NCBI RefSeq assembly: GCF_001194135.2
Contig: NC_068986.1
Span: 63,112,832 to 63,150,638, forward strand
Direction of reading: 5' to 3'
Length of the DNA: 37,807 nucleotides
Source of the DNA: Octopus bimaculoides
Taxonomy: Eukaryota
Shown: in pieces, positions 34,500 through 37,807 of the stretch
Layout: each line of letters starts with the position of its first letter
How positions within the stretch are numbered: the first letter of the stretch is position 1
The notes under the pieces: generated by a model
Databases searched by the model: none
Seen by the model: the letters and a program-made list of their open reading frames with translations, nothing else
Told to the model about the DNA's origin: nothing
Made by a program: the position numbers and the translations under genes

Positions 34500-35200
34500 A
34501 TAGATATGTTAAGGAAGTACTTTTGCCCATTGTGAGAGTAAGGTCCAGTATTTGGAGCAACTGCGAGGGCTCTGAATGCCACTCATGTTTAGGGTGGATA
34601 TGGTGTTTTCTTGATGTGAGTATTCCTTGTGGAGACGAGATTGGCATGGCTCCACTGGAAGATGCTCTCAAAAGTCCTTGTCCATGAAATCAGCAAAAGT
34701 TTTGTATGTGGTGCCTTGGTTGCTTGTAGAGAATACATTGTTGCAAAAGGTTAGGGAGGAATGTGCATAATAGTGAATATTGTTGGATGTAATGACAAGG
34801 ATGTCATTATATTTAGAAGGTAGAACCTATGCCAGCATGAAAAGTTGATGTTAAACAATAATGATGATGATGATGATGAGAGTGGAAGACAGAGTTCTGT
34901 CAATACATGCTGCAGTAGTGTAATTTGCTAATAAACTACTAATCCAAGAGATGAAAGCTGGTGGAATCCACAGGTAGGAAATTTTGATTGGAGATTGGCA
35001 TGTCAGACATGGTCAAAGGTTTTATTAATGTCAATGACAACAGCATTGTTTTTGCTGCGCATCTCCAAATAAGAGCCCACTGGTGAGTAACATAAAAGAG
35101 TAGGTCTTCTGTGGATTTGGCTCTGCAGAAGCTGTACTAGTGGTCATGGAGGTGAGGTGTTGAAGCAAATCATTGTTAACCATTTCCTTCAATATCTAAT
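34500..35200 (-). mobile_element. Decayed CR1/L2-group LINE reverse transcriptase fragment
   Basis: Minus-strand frames give HDH*YSFCRAKSTEDLLFYVTHQW (cf. DHQYGFR..RSTGDLL.Y.TH.W) and VVIDINKTFDHV*HANL (cf. LDISKAFDRVWH..L). Further downstream: ESIFQWSHANLV and LQILDLTL. Confidence 0.72.
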
Positions 35201-36664
35201 AAACATGCAATTGGATGATGGTTGGCTGGGTCAGAGGGGTTACTTTTTCTTTGGAATGGAACGCACTGTAGTAAGCTTCCAAATGGCAGGATATATCTTC
35301 ATATAGAAAGTGAGAGATTAAATAAAAAATATAAATATATATTTCTTTGTAAATAAACAATAGAAAAATAAATAGATAAAATGGATTATCCTGAAAGGTT
35401 TCATGTCTGTCTGTTCTCTCATCATGAACAAATGCCTCTCATTATTCTATTCATGAAAATGACTCTATAGGAATTGCTATTTAAATGAAACACTGAAAAA
35501 GACATCAGTACAACAAAAAATCTTTTGGCTTTTCTTGGTCTTGTTCAAAATATGGAAGAAACTTAACTACCAAGACAAATACTCTGCTCACTGTTGTTGA
35601 ATAGCATAAGAAATCAGGATAGGTCCTGCCTATGATACAACGATGTCGCTGAGTGTAATATGAGATTAGACAGCAATACCTGTGGCTGGATCACAGGAGC
35701 TGAGGAGCAGTAGATAAGACAGATTCTTTTTCTACTGGTAGAATTTGTAACTTGTGATATTTCATATGGATAGCCATCCCTGAACTGATACTTTGATATT
35801 ATCAAAGCTTCTCTGGTCACTGTTATTATTAGTATTTCTATGATGATCACCATCACTAGTTTTACTATCTCCATAACTACATCTTTAACAATATCCCTAC
35901 CACCAATACCAGCTACCCATCCACTGTAGTCTTTCACACCTATTTCTTTAACCATCCACTTCAGCCAACCAAGCAACCACTTATTCCCACCAACACCATT
36001 TACACAAGCACGAACAGCCACTAATGATATATTGCAAAAGTATTTGTTTATTGCCTGTCTTTGCTAATTTAAGGAACCACCCACTGCCCTCAACCACCAT
36101 AACAACCCCAACCAATCGTCATTATTTAAAGTATATTTTATATGAAGGTCCAAGTCAAAGGTTACATTTGAAAGGTCAGATATTGACCTCACACTCTTTA
36201 TTTTCCATTTTGATTTGCCTTGTTTCTGCTTCCACTGAGTTTTTATTTGCTTTGCTGTAAATTTTTATTAAAACATGGCTTACTTTGGAAAAACCTCACA
36301 AATATGAAACACTTTGGAATCAATACAAGAGTGTGTACACACATGCACACACTCCCTCTCTCTCTTTTGCCACATTACATGCATATATTTTTACCATGTT
36401 ACATGTATACATATTTTTACCATCTTACACAGATTCACTCAAGTAATCATTCTCACACAGACATTTCTGCTCACTTCCATGTCTGTACATACATTATATG
36501 CACAAGCATGCTTACTTGCATACACACACACACAAACACATCCATGGTTGGTTATCACCCACCTCGAGGTCAGCTCAATGTATAAAACTCACATTTTGCC
36601 TTCATAATTTTAGTGAAATGCTCCAAGGCTGTCTTATTATTAAAAGGTGATTTATTCAGTGACT

Positions 36665-36980
36665 AATGTGTTACAAAGTGATGGAGAGAAAGAGAAAGTG
36701 AAACATGCAGAACAGAGGACTCTAAGAGAAAGAGAAAGGCAGAAGGAGAGAAAGGAGGAGGGGGAGAGTAGGAGAAAGTAAAACCTGGAAAAAGAATGAA
36801 TAGGAACTAGAAAAAGGGAAACAGAAAGATGAGAGAAAGAACAGAAAAAGAGAGTAAAACAGAAAGGAGGACTGTAAGAGAGTGAAAAACAGTCAGTTAA
36901 AAATGTGGCATATGGAATGAGAGAGAAGTAAAACATTTAAAGAGAGTGTGTTTAAAACAGAGAGAGACAGACAGACAGAC
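36665..36980. repeat. Purine-rich (GA/GAA) low-complexity tract
   Basis: Direct reading. Confidence 0.8.
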
Positions 36981-37364
36981 AGAAATAATGCATATTTTGC
37001 GAACTGCTTAAAAGACATGGATGGCTTTGTTTATTTCTGGCATATAATAAATTTCTCAAAACACCACGTGCACTTGCCGGCTCTTGGCCTATCATTCAGT
37101 GTATGTGAATAAATGTGTGAGGGCGTGTGTATATCTGTGTGTGTGTATGTGTATATATATATAGTTTTAGGGAAAAGAACCAAGGTTCATTGATAAAAAT
37201 CCACTGTCACATATAGAAAAATTAATAAGTAATAGCACAATAAATAAGTATAATATAATACAAAGTAAATGTCATAAAATATTGATAATAATTTAATTTA
37301 ATTTTAATTTTTAATAATTTGAATTTGAGTTTTTACCTGTAAATTTGGATTTTTATCCCTAATA

Positions 37365-37366
37365 TT

Positions 37367-37416
<50 letters not shown>

Positions 37417-37505
37417 ATTTGTGTATATATATTTATAAATATATATGTATATATATGTTAGTATTCGTGTGTATCTATTTGTATATATATATGTATGTAT
37501 TTGAA

Positions 37506-37538
<33 letters not shown>

Positions 37539-37540
37539 GT
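37365..37540. repeat. (TA)n/(TG)n compound microsatellite
   Basis: Direct reading. Confidence 0.92.
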
Positions 37541-37807
37541 AGGAGTGGCTGTGTGGTAAGTAGCTTGTTTACCAACCACATGGTCCCGGGTTCAGTCCCA
37601 CTGCGTGGCATCTTGGGCAAATGTCTTCTACTATAGCCTCGGGCCGACCAAAGCCTTGTGAGTGGATTTGGTAGACGGAAACTGAAAGAAGTCTGTCGTA
37701 TATATGTATATATATATATGTATGTGTGTGTGTATGTATTTGTATGTCTGTGTTTGTCCCCGCAACATCGCTTGACAACCGATGCTGGTGTGTTTATGTC
37801 CCCGTAA
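37541..37807 (+). mobile_element. tRNA-derived SINE family A, least diverged copy (CpGs retained), runs off the window end
   Basis: GGAGTGGCTGTGTGGTAAG (A box), GGGTTCAGTCCC (B box), CTGCGTGGCATCTTGGGCAA..GTCTTCT, GGGCCGACCAAAGCCTTGTGAGTGGATTTGGTAGACGGAAACTGAAAGAAG, (TA/TG)n, then the extension. Confidence 0.93.

Noticed and set aside
35614-36021. 135-aa minus-strand ORF with a CAG|GTATTG donor-like site
   Set aside because: The N-terminal half comes from a (CAC/CCA)-rich low-complexity tract, there is no convincing acceptor, and no homology is recognised.
37541-37615. tRNA gene
   Set aside because: A and B boxes are present, but the segment continues into a SINE body seen in many copies and no full cloverleaf forms.

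Overview
Eukaryotic, AT-rich, repeat-dominated genomic DNA with four assembly gaps. The SINE types, (TA)n/(ATT)n tracts and RTE LINEs resemble a coleoid cephalopod (Octopus-like) genome; this is from recall, not a database search. I recognise no host protein-coding gene, and most ORF-track entries are microsatellite, low-complexity or N-gap artefacts. The protein-like segments are decayed transposons: three RTE-clade LINE fragments (622-2022 -, ~13490-14090 +, 32160-32945 +), a mariner transposase (7591-8352 +), a Penelope-like RT fragment (33215-33430 +) and a CR1/L2-group RT (~34500-35200 -). There are about 20 SINE copies from at least four families, a candidate non-autonomous Helitron and a TIR element between (TA)n tracts. 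The most interesting part is 31.4-34.0 kb. It holds a near-canonical minimal type I hammerhead ribozyme fold (33118-33160, -) inside a small inverted-repeat-bounded module fused to the Penelope-like RT. It also holds a CpG-rich 139-bp direct repeat (period 279 bp) with extensive pairing potential and hammerhead core motifs in a non-canonical order.
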